Positions 8,990-18,172 of a stretch of 25,524 nucleotides of DNA are shown here, one piece after another. The DNA is from an uncultured archaeon (lineage in GTDB: Archaea; Asgardarchaeota; Lokiarchaeia; Sigyniarchaeales; SOKP01): positions 17,007 through 42,530 of the forward strand of contig CAYUTF010000020.1 of the NCBI GenBank assembly GCA_964447495.1, given 5' to 3'. The position numbers and the translations under genes were made by a program. Under the pieces are notes generated by a model. That model saw nothing but the letters and a program-made list of their open reading frames with translations, did no database searches and had not been told where the DNA came from. Within the stretch, counting starts at the first letter, position 1. Each line of letters begins with the position of its first letter.

Positions 8990-9742
8990 ATGGTTAAAAT
9001 TGGAATAATTGGCGGTTCAGGATTAGATAATCCAGATATTTTAAAAAATGCAAGTGATAAAGAGGTTAGTACTAAATATGGTAAACCGAGTTCTCCATTA
9101 AAATCAGGAAAAATTCATGAAATTGACGTTGTTCTTATAGCTAGACATGGTAGACACCATACAATACCTCCCACACAAGTTAACTATAGAGCTAACATAC
9201 AAGCACTAAAAAATGAAGGCTGCACTCACATATTAGCAACGACAGCTTGTGGTAGTCTTAGAGAAAAAATTGGACGGGGAGATTTAGTAATTCTTGACCA
9301 ATTTATTGATTTTACAAGATTAAGAAAAGTGAGTTTCTTTGAGGAATTTCCCCCAGGTGAAGCGAAACATACTGCCATGGCTTACCCTTTTTCAGAAAAT
9401 ATAAGAATACTCTTAATAGAGACCGCAAAAGAGCTTAATCTTAAGTTCCATGAAAGAGGGACTGTAGTCACCATAGAAGGTCCACGATTTTCAACAAGAG
9501 CTGAATCTGAAATGTTTAGAATATGGGGCGCAGATGTGATAAATATGAGTATTGCCCCTGAGGCGATTTTAGCAAATGAAGCGGGAATTCCTTATGCTGC
9601 TGTAGCTATGTCAACTGATTATGATTGTTGGAAAGATGATGAGGCACCTGTAACTTGGGATGAAATTTTGGAAATATTTGGCAAAAACATAAATAACGTG
9701 ATAGCTCTCTTGACAAATGTAATTAAGAAACTAAAGAGGTAA
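8990..9742 (+). CDS. mtnP: S-methyl-5'-thioadenosine phosphorylase (resembles eukaryotic MTAP)
   Basis: Motifs VKIGIIGGSGLDNPDIL, ARHGRHHTIPP, VNYRANIQALKNEGCTHI, TACGSLRE, DQFIDFT, TIEGPRFSTRAES, WGADVINM and MSTDYDCWK. Confidence 0.93.
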   Translation: MVKIGIIGGSGLDNPDILKNASDKEVSTKYGKPSSPLKSGKIHEIDVVLIARHGRHHTIPPTQVNYRANIQALKNEGCTHILATTACGSLREKIGRGDLVILDQFIDFTRLRKVSFFEEFPPGEAKHTAMAYPFSENIRILLIETAKELNLKFHERGTVVTIEGPRFSTRAESEMFRIWGADVINMSIAPEAILANEAGIPYAAVAMSTDYDCWKDDEAPVTWDEILEIFGKNINNVIALLTNVIKKLKR

Positions 9743-9896
9743 TAAAAACTAAAAATATTCTCTCTTTTTTTAAAGAAATTATCCTTATTTTTTTTCCAAT
9801 TGACTTAATAGTAATAAGTTTTTCTCTTTTTGGTAAATTTATTATTCTTTCCTTCATTAAAATACTTACAAGGAAAGCAAAAATCAGTAATTATAA

Positions 9897-11201
9897 ATGG
9901 TAGTTATTAAATTTTTAGGCGGAGCGAGGGAAGTCGGTCGTTCTGCAATACTAATCAAATCAGAAAGTGGAAGTAGTTGTCTTCTAGATTATGGAGTAAG
10001 ATTTAGGGAAGAAGAGCGATTACCTATTGATACAGATTTAGGTGATCTTAAAGCTATTGCATTAAGTCATTGTCATATTGATCATTCTGGAGCTTTACCA
10101 TATTTATATAAAAATTATAAAGTTCCACTTATAACTAATGCTCTTACGTACCAAGTTTCAGAAATCTTAATAAAAGACTTAATTAAACTTTCAAGGCATT
10201 CTTATCCTTTTGGATATAAGGAACTTGATAAATTAAGGATGAATACACTTTTTCTGGATAATAATGTAAAACATAAAATTGATGAAGATTTCTCAATCAC
10301 TTTTTTTAATGCGGGGCATATACCCGGAAGTGTTTCTATATTAATAGAAGTTGATAATAAGACAATTTTCTATACCGGAGATATCAATAATCAAAAAACA
10401 AATTTAATTGATCCTGCAGATGTCACAGAAATTCCAGAAATTGATAGTTTAATCATTGAATCAACATATGCCTTAAAAAATCATCCTAATAGAGAAGAAC
10501 TTGAAAAAAAGTTTGTTGAGAATGTTATTAACATAACAGATAATGATGGTAATGTACTCGTACCTGCATTTGGAGTAGCACGTTCACAAGAAATTTTATT
10601 ATTACTTAAAAAGTACAATTTTCGAGGAAATGTATTCTTAGATGGCTTAACAAAAAAGGTGTCAGCAGTTTATTTTGATTATCCAAATAAGCTTAAGGAT
10701 TTTAATTTTTACAAAAAGGCATTTCGTGATTCTCAGTTTGTTACTTTTAAAAATAGAAAAAAAATAATGAAATTATCTAAATATGTGATGATAGCTCCTT
10801 CAGGAATGCTTAAAGGTGGTGCTGCTCTTCATTATATTAGAAACATATTAGAAGATCCTGATTCTGCTATTTATATGGTAGGATATCAAGCGGAAGACAC
10901 TCCTGGTAATATTCTTTTAGAAAAAGGGGAGTTTGAATATCAAGATGAAAGAAAACTAACAAATTCGAATCAGAATATTAAAATAAAGGCAAAATGTGAT
11001 ATTGATTATTTTGATTTTTCAAGCCATGCGGATTCTTCACAACTTCTTGAATATGTTGAAGATCTTAAATTTAGCAAAAATCATAATTCTATATTCTGTA
11101 TTCATGGAGATGAGAAAGCAACTACAACTTTTGCTAAAAAATTAACACAACGTAATTTTAACGCGGTAGCTCCCGAAGCAGGAGAGACTTATAAACTGTA
11201 A
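9897..11201 (+). CDS. Metallo-beta-lactamase/beta-CASP ribonuclease (CPSF73/YSH1-like, no KH domains; aCPSF2-like)
   Basis: Motifs FLGGAREVGRS, LDYG, SHCHIDHSG (HxHxDH), AGHIPGS, YTGD, IESTY, PAFGVARSQE, GYQAEDTPG, FSSHAD and IHGD. The final His is typical of RNA-acting beta-CASP enzymes. Confidence 0.9.
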   Translation: MVVIKFLGGAREVGRSAILIKSESGSSCLLDYGVRFREEERLPIDTDLGDLKAIALSHCHIDHSGALPYLYKNYKVPLITNALTYQVSEILIKDLIKLSRHSYPFGYKELDKLRMNTLFLDNNVKHKIDEDFSITFFNAGHIPGSVSILIEVDNKTIFYTGDINNQKTNLIDPADVTEIPEIDSLIIESTYALKNHPNREELEKKFVENVINITDNDGNVLVPAFGVARSQEILLLLKKYNFRGNVFLDGLTKKVSAVYFDYPNKLKDFNFYKKAFRDSQFVTFKNRKKIMKLSKYVMIAPSGMLKGGAALHYIRNILEDPDSAIYMVGYQAEDTPGNILLEKGEFEYQDERKLTNSNQNIKIKAKCDIDYFDFSSHADSSQLLEYVEDLKFSKNHNSIFCIHGDEKATTTFAKKLTQRNFNAVAPEAGETYKL

Positions 11202-11207
11202 TAATTC

Positions 11208-12728
11208 TCATTTCTTTCTTTCTAATTGTTTTTTAACGACAAGATTGCAATTATCTAGAAAATTCTCTAGTTTATCAATTGGTACTTTTGTTCCCGCAGC
11301 GGGAGGATGACCCCCTCCTAATGCTTCAAGATCTGAGAGTTTTAAAGCTTCTCTTATAACTTCAGAGAGATTAATCCCTTTATCCACTATACTCTCATGT
11401 GCTCTTCCCGAAATTTTATAGACTTTTTTTTCTTCACGTTTAGCATATCCAAATAATGGTTTTTTTTTATTAATCTTGCCTGATTCATCGAATACTAACA
11501 TAGAAGTAATTGTACCAATAATATTTTCATGAATTACATCTCCTCCGAAAAAGTATTGGATATACTCTTTTTCTTGAATAATATTATTTTCAAAAATCCA
11601 ATTTAAAGATTTCATAATGGATTTCTTATATTCAATCAAATTATTTTTAGCTTTTTGATAAGCCAACCGTCTGTCTCCCATAGCAATAGCAACTCCTAGT
11701 GAACCACTATTTGTACGCCCACAAGAATTCAACAAGTTAGAAAATTCGCTCAAATCATGCAATTCAGAGCCCACTATCTCATTTTTTAAAATATATCTAT
11801 TAATGATTAAATTTTTATAAATTTCGCTTGGTTCAATATCAAGTTTAAGAGTAGCGTATTCTATAATTGCGGAAGTTAATTTTTTCTTTTCCTCTTTAGA
11901 TAGATCATTTAATGTTTTAATCTTACCATCAGAATTTTCCATAATTATACCCAGTTTTAGAAGAAATTTTAAAGCTTTATTTGGATTTCCAGATAAACCA
12001 GGTAAATTTAAATTAGAAGAGTAAGCAATTGCTTCATTTAATGGTTTTATTGCTGAAAAATTTAAATCATTTGTAATTTCGATATAGTCTAAATCTTTTG
12101 CCTTCTCTAAAATAAGGGAATTTAAACCTATAAATGAATTATTAACTCCTTTATTTTGAATATCTCCGATAGCTCCAATAAGTGCTATGGGAGCTAGTTT
12201 TTCATTTTCTTTATTTAAAACTTGAGCAAAATAATAGCAAATGCCAGCTCCAGAAACTTCGGTACTACCATCAATATTATAAAAATAGGGGTTGATATGC
12301 CATGGTGCTGTATCTTTATAAATCTCTTTTAATCTTTCATCATTTTTATCTGTTACTTCTTGTGGAAGATGATGGTCAAGTATTATATATGGAGTGGATG
12401 AACCATTGTTATTTAGACTCTTTGATAATTCCAGATATTGCCCGCTTCCAAAATCAGAAAAAATAAGAAAATTATGGAACTCCTCAACTTTTTCTACGAT
12501 CTTCTTAATCTCAATTATTTCAAGCTGTTTAAGTATTGTCATTTGAAAGGGAATATTTTCATTATATAATGCTTTTCCAAGAATTGCACCAGAAGATAAA
12601 CCGTCAGAATCTAAGTGTGTAAAGATAGATACAGGTGAATTAGTTTTCTTATAATTTTGAAGAAAAAATTCTTTTGTTTTCTTCAAATCAGAAATCATTT
12701 GGTCAGCTTTATCAGTGATTTCATTCAT
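11208..12728 (-). CDS. Archaeal RecJ/Cdc45-like (GAN-type) DHH-DHHA1 phosphoesterase/exonuclease
   Basis: Motifs THLDSDG, SDFGSG, ILDHH, INP, SGAG, GAIGDIQ, LLNSCGR, KISGR and GGGHPPAAG. Confidence 0.88.
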   Translation of the reverse strand: MNEITDKADQMISDLKKTKEFFLQNYKKTNSPVSIFTHLDSDGLSSGAILGKALYNENIPFQMTILKQLEIIEIKKIVEKVEEFHNFLIFSDFGSGQYLELSKSLNNNGSSTPYIILDHHLPQEVTDKNDERLKEIYKDTAPWHINPYFYNIDGSTEVSGAGICYYFAQVLNKENEKLAPIALIGAIGDIQNKGVNNSFIGLNSLILEKAKDLDYIEITNDLNFSAIKPLNEAIAYSSNLNLPGLSGNPNKALKFLLKLGIIMENSDGKIKTLNDLSKEEKKKLTSAIIEYATLKLDIEPSEIYKNLIINRYILKNEIVGSELHDLSEFSNLLNSCGRTNSGSLGVAIAMGDRRLAYQKAKNNLIEYKKSIMKSLNWIFENNIIQEKEYIQYFFGGDVIHENIIGTITSMLVFDESGKINKKKPLFGYAKREEKKVYKISGRAHESIVDKGINLSEVIREALKLSDLEALGGGHPPAAGTKVPIDKLENFLDNCNLVVKKQLERKK

Positions 12729-12812
12729 TGTTGTAAAATTTTAATATAAACTAAATTTAATATATTAAAATAAGAATTTAAAAATAAATACCCAATTAAA
12801 TTTTAAGAATGA

Positions 12813-13817
12813 GTGAACAAAATGCATCATGTGAAAATTAATAATCTTACCTTGAAATTAGTTGAGGACATTATAAGCAATAAGGAATTGTATAAAGCAA
12901 AAATCCATAATTTAAGTAATGGTTCCACTGTTTTAGATATGACTAATGCTTCTTGGAATGGAGGTAAATTAGTAGGTGAAATATGTATGGGAGGGCTTGG
13001 AACTCTTAATTTTTCATGGTATAATTTAGATGGTCATTATATACCAAGTGTTAATGTTTACACTTCTGAACCCATTATAGCTTGCATGGCTTCCCAATTA
13101 GCTGGTTGGAGCGTAAAACTAAAGAAGGAAGTCGAAAAAGAGGGAATAATAAAAAAAAAAGTAATTTTCCAATCATTAGGTTCTGGTCCAGCAAGAGCTA
13201 AAAGTAAAACTGAAAAATTATTTGATGAAATCCAATATACAGATGATTCTGATTGTGCCATAATCGTTTTTGAAACACCTAAAATGCCGAATGAGGAAGT
13301 TATGGATATTGTTGCTAATAAATGTGGTGTAGATACCAAAAATACATACGCTGTGTGTGCTCCAACTGCTTGTCTTACAGGATCTATTCAAGTTGCAGCC
13401 AGAATTGTCGAAACAGGCATTCATAAACTTCATGAAATACACTTTCCATTAGATATTTTGAAAGATGGATTCGGTACCACAACAATTGCTCCAATTGCAA
13501 AAGATGATTTGGGAGCTATGGGTAGAACAAATGATTCAATTAGTGCTGCAGGAATGACCTACTATACTATAGATGTTGAAAAAGAGAGAGAAAGCGAATT
13601 ATTTGAACTTCTTAAAAAAGCACCAGCAAATACATCCTCAAGTTATGGCAAACCTTTTTTAGAAACTTTTAAAGCAGCAAATTATGATTTCTATGCCATT
13701 GATCCAGGATTATTTGCCCCTGCTCAATATACAGTCACAAATATTAAAACTGGAAAATCTCTTAGTGTTGGAGAAATCAATCACGAATTGTTAAAACTAT
13801 CCTATAATCTAAATTAA
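12813..13817 (+). CDS. mch: Methenyl-H4MPT cyclohydrolase
   Basis: Motifs EICMGGLG, ACMASQLAGW, LGSGPARA, APTACLTGSIQVAARIVETGIHK, MGRTND, SSSYGKPF, FYAIDPGLFAPA. The start is uncertain (GTG 12813, ATG 12822 or GTG 12831). Confidence 0.95.
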   Translation: MNKMHHVKINNLTLKLVEDIISNKELYKAKIHNLSNGSTVLDMTNASWNGGKLVGEICMGGLGTLNFSWYNLDGHYIPSVNVYTSEPIIACMASQLAGWSVKLKKEVEKEGIIKKKVIFQSLGSGPARAKSKTEKLFDEIQYTDDSDCAIIVFETPKMPNEEVMDIVANKCGVDTKNTYAVCAPTACLTGSIQVAARIVETGIHKLHEIHFPLDILKDGFGTTTIAPIAKDDLGAMGRTNDSISAAGMTYYTIDVEKERESELFELLKKAPANTSSSYGKPFLETFKAANYDFYAIDPGLFAPAQYTVTNIKTGKSLSVGEINHELLKLSYNLN

Positions 13818-13844
13818 AAAAGATATACACATCTTTTTTTTCTT

Positions 13845-15038
13845 TTAAAAATTAGTTAATTCTTCTTGATATTTCAATATATCATCAATTGAAATATCTC
13901 TATCGAAGGTAATTTCTTTTTGAATCCCTAAATATGCACAAGCAATATTAGCAGCCGCAGCAATTTCTGCTTTCTTTAATGTAAGAGAATATTCGTCGAT
14001 AACACGAGAATTATCGTTATTAGTTCTATTTTCATAAGTACGATTTTCAATTGAATTATTTAAATATATTCCTTCTTGATATCGCGACTTATCGAATTTT
14101 TTTTCTTGGATTTGTAGGGCTCTCTCAGACTTCATCTTATATAATAAAGAGCCCATTTTGTCCACTACTTTAAATGGCAATTCGTTTTTTGAGATTAATC
14201 GAATAATATTATTGATATCAAAATAGTTTAAATTATTATATTTTGCCCGAATAAAATTCTTAAGAGAGTCAGAATTTCTTTCACATTCTATTTCGGTCCA
14301 ATCATGAATCGCTAAGCGTCTTCTAAAAAATATGAGTTCCCAATCAATACCTAACTCTTTTAAAAAATCAAGTAACTTATCGTCATTAGGTTTTTTTGAT
14401 TCAATCATTATGAACAATTGAAGGCCATAATATTTGTGTTCTTGTTGTAAAAAATACGAACGTTGTTGCATGGAAGCAAGAATCTTTATTTTAAAGGAAT
14501 AAATATTATCTGTTACATTTTTCTTCCCACAACTGAGATATATAACATTTCCCTCTTCACTTACATATTCACTATCCAGAAATCCAAGGATGCTATCATT
14601 ATTTTCTTTCACAAAATCTCTTAGCCCAGTTAAAGTGGGATTAACATCAAATTTTTCTAAGTCCCTCTCTTGAATAGTAACATAATCATTGATACTTCCA
14701 CCAATAGCCAACTTTATGGCATGCAGTTTTAATTCCTTTTCTTCTCCGAATACCGCTTTAAATGAATCTATAAGTGGAAAAATTTCTTGTTGAAGGATTT
14801 TAATCTCTGCCATTGAGGTTTCATAAGGTTCAGGTTCACTCATTAATTTATTAAGAACAGGAGCTTCAGAAGCATCAACTTCTATTTCATAATCTTTCGC
14901 TAAATCCTTTCGTATTATGCATATCGCTCTTTTATTCTCGTTGTACATAGTAAGTGAAGTAACGTTATCAATAATCGCTCTAAATTTCTCCTTTTGGGCA
15001 TTTTCGGATACTGCTGACGATAATCTTCTCTTTCTCAT
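13845..15038 (-). CDS. Hypothetical protein, 397 aa, soluble
   Basis: Long ORF with an ATG start in AT-rich DNA. No family motif recognised. Confidence 0.75.
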   Translation of the reverse strand: MRKRRLSSAVSENAQKEKFRAIIDNVTSLTMYNENKRAICIIRKDLAKDYEIEVDASEAPVLNKLMSEPEPYETSMAEIKILQQEIFPLIDSFKAVFGEEKELKLHAIKLAIGGSINDYVTIQERDLEKFDVNPTLTGLRDFVKENNDSILGFLDSEYVSEEGNVIYLSCGKKNVTDNIYSFKIKILASMQQRSYFLQQEHKYYGLQLFIMIESKKPNDDKLLDFLKELGIDWELIFFRRRLAIHDWTEIECERNSDSLKNFIRAKYNNLNYFDINNIIRLISKNELPFKVVDKMGSLLYKMKSERALQIQEKKFDKSRYQEGIYLNNSIENRTYENRTNNDNSRVIDEYSLTLKKAEIAAAANIACAYLGIQKEITFDRDISIDDILKYQEELTNF

Positions 15039-15243
15039 AAAATGTGCCTTAAAAAGTTAAAAATACTAAGATCTTATGATCATTTAATAAAATTGTAATC
15101 TTATAATTTTATCGTTATTAATTTATTAGTGTTTAATCCTTCAAATTATCCTAATGAATATTTATATTCTATATATAAAAAGTAAATAGTTAATCTAGAA
15201 ATAAATAGAAAAAGCTTCAAAATAAGTAAAGTCAGATCCAAAA

Positions 15244-15423
15244 TTAATCTAATTCGTCTTCCAAGTAAAAATTTCCTTTTTTTTTATAGTATACAGTAGT
15301 AGATCCAAAATTATTTCTTACAGTGTATTTATCTCCATCTACTTCTAAAATCTCAATAGAATAGGGTAATCGTCTATTTTTTAATATTTCATCAACTATT
15401 TTTTTCTCTTCAACAGCATCCAT
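15244..15423 (-). CDS. Small hypothetical protein (about 59 aa)
   Basis: ATG at 15423 gives MDAVEEKKIVDEILKNRRLPYSIEILEVDGDKYTVRNNFG..., a helix followed by beta-strand pattern. It lies in a gene-sized gap, co-oriented with its neighbours. Confidence 0.65.
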   Translation of the reverse strand: MDAVEEKKIVDEILKNRRLPYSIEILEVDGDKYTVRNNFGSTTVYYKKKGNFYLEDELD

Positions 15424-15500
15424 GATTATCAAAAATTCATTCTACAAAAAAAATTTTGTGATTTCTTTTTTTTTAATTAAATTATCAAAAGGTAAATGAG

Positions 15501-15983
15501 TTATTCACTCGCTTTACCGGTAATTTCCTTTATATCAAGACGGATTATTGATGTGTTTTGATAGGTCTCTTCTTTATCTAAGAATCGTTTCTTTATCTTA
15601 ATCGGGTTTTCTTCCAAGTGATTCATCATTATCTCAAATCCATGTTTTTTTTCTTCTAAATCTTCAATTATAATCATTTCACCCCAAAAAACCACAGATC
15701 TATAGGCATGAGAGCATTCATTAGTTTTATAACCTTTATCCTCTATTATAGTGCCACATACAAGCGAATTTCTCTTGATAAAATCATACTTTAATCCTTC
15801 TTTAGCGCTATGAAAATAAAGGGAATTTTTCATGGCATCATACCCATAGCTTAGAGTGACGATATATGGTTCATTCTCTCTGCACATTGAGATACTTGCA
15901 AATTTACCCTTTTTTATAATTTCATCAATTTTATTCTTTTCTTTAATTTGCCTTTCATTTTTCTGCATATGATATTTCGGCAT
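15501..15983 (-). CDS. Pyridoxamine 5'-phosphate oxidase-like flavin-binding protein (NimA-like split barrel)
   Basis: Motifs EPYIVTLSYGY, LYFHSAKEGLK, YRSVVFWG, EEKKHG and EITGK. Confidence 0.85.
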   Translation of the reverse strand: MPKYHMQKNERQIKEKNKIDEIIKKGKFASISMCRENEPYIVTLSYGYDAMKNSLYFHSAKEGLKYDFIKRNSLVCGTIIEDKGYKTNECSHAYRSVVFWGEMIIIEDLEEKKHGFEIMMNHLEENPIKIKKRFLDKEETYQNTSIIRLDIKEITGKASE

Positions 15984-16094
15984 TAGACATCTTGATCTTT
16001 AAACATCATTTTTGTTACAAATAAATATAATGATATAATTAATCAAATTATATAAAAGGGTAAGGATGATTAAGAATCTTCTCTTCTTCTGATT

Positions 16095-17771
16095 TTAAAG
16101 TATTTCTGGGGCTTTATATTCCCCAAATTCTTCTCTAAGAATGTTACAAATTTCCTCAATAGTAGCATAAGACTTTACAGTTTCAATCATCACAGGCATG
16201 ATATTCTCTGAAGAGCGAGCAATTTCTCTTAACTTTTCTAATTTCTTTTTTACTACTGTTTCATTTCTCTTTTTCTTTAATACATCTAATGAGTGAATTA
16301 TTCTTGACTCCTCATCTTTATCATGTTTAAAAGTATTAATTTTATATTCTTCTTCAGTACAAAATAAATTGATTCCTACGACATTACTTTTTCCTTCATC
16401 GATTTCCTTTTGATCACGATATGCATTATTCAAGATCTCGCGTTGAATAAAAGCTTGTTCTATTGCTTTTGGCATACCTCCCATTTTATCAATTTTCTCA
16501 ATATAATCTATTATTTTTTCGACTAATTGGGAAGTAAGAGATTCAATATAGTACGAACCCCCTAAAGGATCAACAACATCAGTGACTCCACTCTCATATG
16601 CTATAACTTGTTGAGTCCTTAAAGACAATCGTACTGAATCTTCTGTGGGTATTGCTAAAGCCTCGTCAGCTCCACAAGTATGAAGAGACTGTGTCCCCCC
16701 TAGGATCGCTGCTAATGCTTGAAGTGTGACTCGTATAATATTAACATTAGGTTGTTGTGCGGTTAAGCTCACACCTGCTGTTTGCGTATGGAATCTTAGT
16801 TTTAGAGAATCTTCCTTTTTTGCATGAAAGCGATCTTTCATAATTGACGCCCATAATTTTCGGGCTGCCCTTAATTTAGCAATCTCTTCAAAAAAGTAAT
16901 TATGAGTCGTAAAGAAAAATGATAATCTTGAAGCAAAGTCATCAATATCAATCCCTCGTTTAATAACTTCTTCTACGTATGAAATACCGTCAGCTAAAGT
17001 AAATGCAATTTCTTGAATAGCATTACAACCTGCTTCTCGCATATGATAGCCACTGATTGAAATAGTATTAAATTTCGGAAGATGCTGTGAACAATATTCT
17101 ATTACATCTGCAACCAATCTTAAGGAAGGATTTGGAGGAAAGATATATGTCCCTCTTGCGACATATTCCTTCAATATATCGTTTTGAACAGTTCCTGTGA
17201 GTTGCTCAGGTTTTACCCCTTGTTGTTCTCCAACTGCAATATACATAGCTAAAAGAATCGAAGCTGGAGCATTGATAGTCATACTAGTAGAAACTTTATC
17301 TAAGGGTATACCTTCAAACACTTTTTCAAAGTCTTCTAATGAATTTACTGTAACACCTACTCTTCCAACTTCTCCCAAACAAATCTGATTATCTGAATTA
17401 AAACCCATTTGAGTAGGTAGATCGAAAGCTATTGAGAGCCCCTTTTGTCCTTGTGATATTAAATATTTGAATCGTTCATTTGTTTTTTTTGCATCCGCAA
17501 ATCCAGCATATTGTCTCATAGTCCATATTCTTCCTCGGTACATATTGGGATAAACTCCACGAGTAAAAGGTGGTTTACCTGGATATCCAAGATCAGTTAA
17601 ATAATTGAAAGCTTCAATATCTTCCGGGCCAAAGACATGTTTTAAAGGAATACCTGAGGGCGTTTCAAAGGAATCCTTGCGCTCTCCTTTCTGAATATAC
17701 TTGCTTAATACATCTTCTTCCCATTTTTTACGTTCAATTAAAATTTTTTCCCAATCTTCTTTTGAAATCAA
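16095..17771 (-). CDS. Methylmalonyl-CoA mutase family, large (substrate-binding) subunit, without the B12-binding domain
   Basis: Motifs PGKPPFTRG, WTMRQYAGF, GLSIAFDLPTQMG, STSMTIN, GTVQNDILKEYVARGTYIFPP, SISGYHMREAG, LRFHTQT, GGTQSLHT and DPLGGSY. No DxHxxG motif is present. TTG start with AAGGAG upstream. Confidence 0.93.
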   Translation of the reverse strand: MISKEDWEKILIERKKWEEDVLSKYIQKGERKDSFETPSGIPLKHVFGPEDIEAFNYLTDLGYPGKPPFTRGVYPNMYRGRIWTMRQYAGFADAKKTNERFKYLISQGQKGLSIAFDLPTQMGFNSDNQICLGEVGRVGVTVNSLEDFEKVFEGIPLDKVSTSMTINAPASILLAMYIAVGEQQGVKPEQLTGTVQNDILKEYVARGTYIFPPNPSLRLVADVIEYCSQHLPKFNTISISGYHMREAGCNAIQEIAFTLADGISYVEEVIKRGIDIDDFASRLSFFFTTHNYFFEEIAKLRAARKLWASIMKDRFHAKKEDSLKLRFHTQTAGVSLTAQQPNVNIIRVTLQALAAILGGTQSLHTCGADEALAIPTEDSVRLSLRTQQVIAYESGVTDVVDPLGGSYYIESLTSQLVEKIIDYIEKIDKMGGMPKAIEQAFIQREILNNAYRDQKEIDEGKSNVVGINLFCTEEEYKINTFKHDKDEESRIIHSLDVLKKKRNETVVKKKLEKLREIARSSENIMPVMIETVKSYATIEEICNILREEFGEYKAPEIL

Positions 17772-17796
17772 ATTTTATCATTCTCCTTCTTTTATA

Positions 17797-18150
17797 TTAA
17801 ATAGGTTCAAAAACATATGAATATACTTCCTTATTATCTAAATTTTCACATACTTTCTTATAAATTGGACGTAATTTCATTCCCAGATTTAGATTTTCTG
17901 AAGTTGTAATTTGCCCTAATGCTTTTATACCATTCTTAAATTCCACAACTCCAAGTGCATAAGAAAATTTATTTCGATATTCTGCTGGAGGTGCTGTTAA
18001 TATAGTATATGAAATTAATCGACCATCTCCCGATGCTTCTATTTTCTCAAATTGATTAAATTTGCAATGCAAACATCTTAAGTGCGTCTCATGTTGAAGA
18101 AAGCCACATCGTTTACATTTTTTCCATATAAATCCATTTTCGGTCTTCAT
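17797..18150 (-). CDS. DUF35-type Zn-ribbon + OB-fold protein (thiolase/acyl-CoA-associated)
   Basis: KCKRCG...RCLHC zinc ribbon, then GRLISYTI...PP...YALGVVEFKNGIKALGQI, the typical DUF35 architecture. Confidence 0.88.
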   Translation of the reverse strand: MKTENGFIWKKCKRCGFLQHETHLRCLHCKFNQFEKIEASGDGRLISYTILTAPPAEYRNKFSYALGVVEFKNGIKALGQITTSENLNLGMKLRPIYKKVCENLDNKEVYSYVFEPI

Positions 18151-18154
18151 TTTA

Positions 18155-18172
18155 TTACATCTATTCTACAAT
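18155..18172. repeat. Imperfect direct repeat (14/18) of the thiolase 3' end at 19201-19218
   Basis: ttacatctattctacaat (18155-18172) versus ttacattcgttctactat (19201-19218). On the minus strand these read IVE*M* and IVERM*. Confidence 0.45.

Noticed and set aside
13058-13442. Minus-strand ORFs of 93 and 74 aa
   Set aside because: Antisense shadows of mch.
1-13817. Methanogen assignment based on ftr, mtd and mch
   Set aside because: No mcr or mtr genes are in the window. These enzymes also occur in non-methanogenic archaea, and the GTPase, longin and TPR content points to Asgard archaea.
17197-17388. 63-aa plus-strand ORF
   Set aside because: Antisense to the mutase gene.
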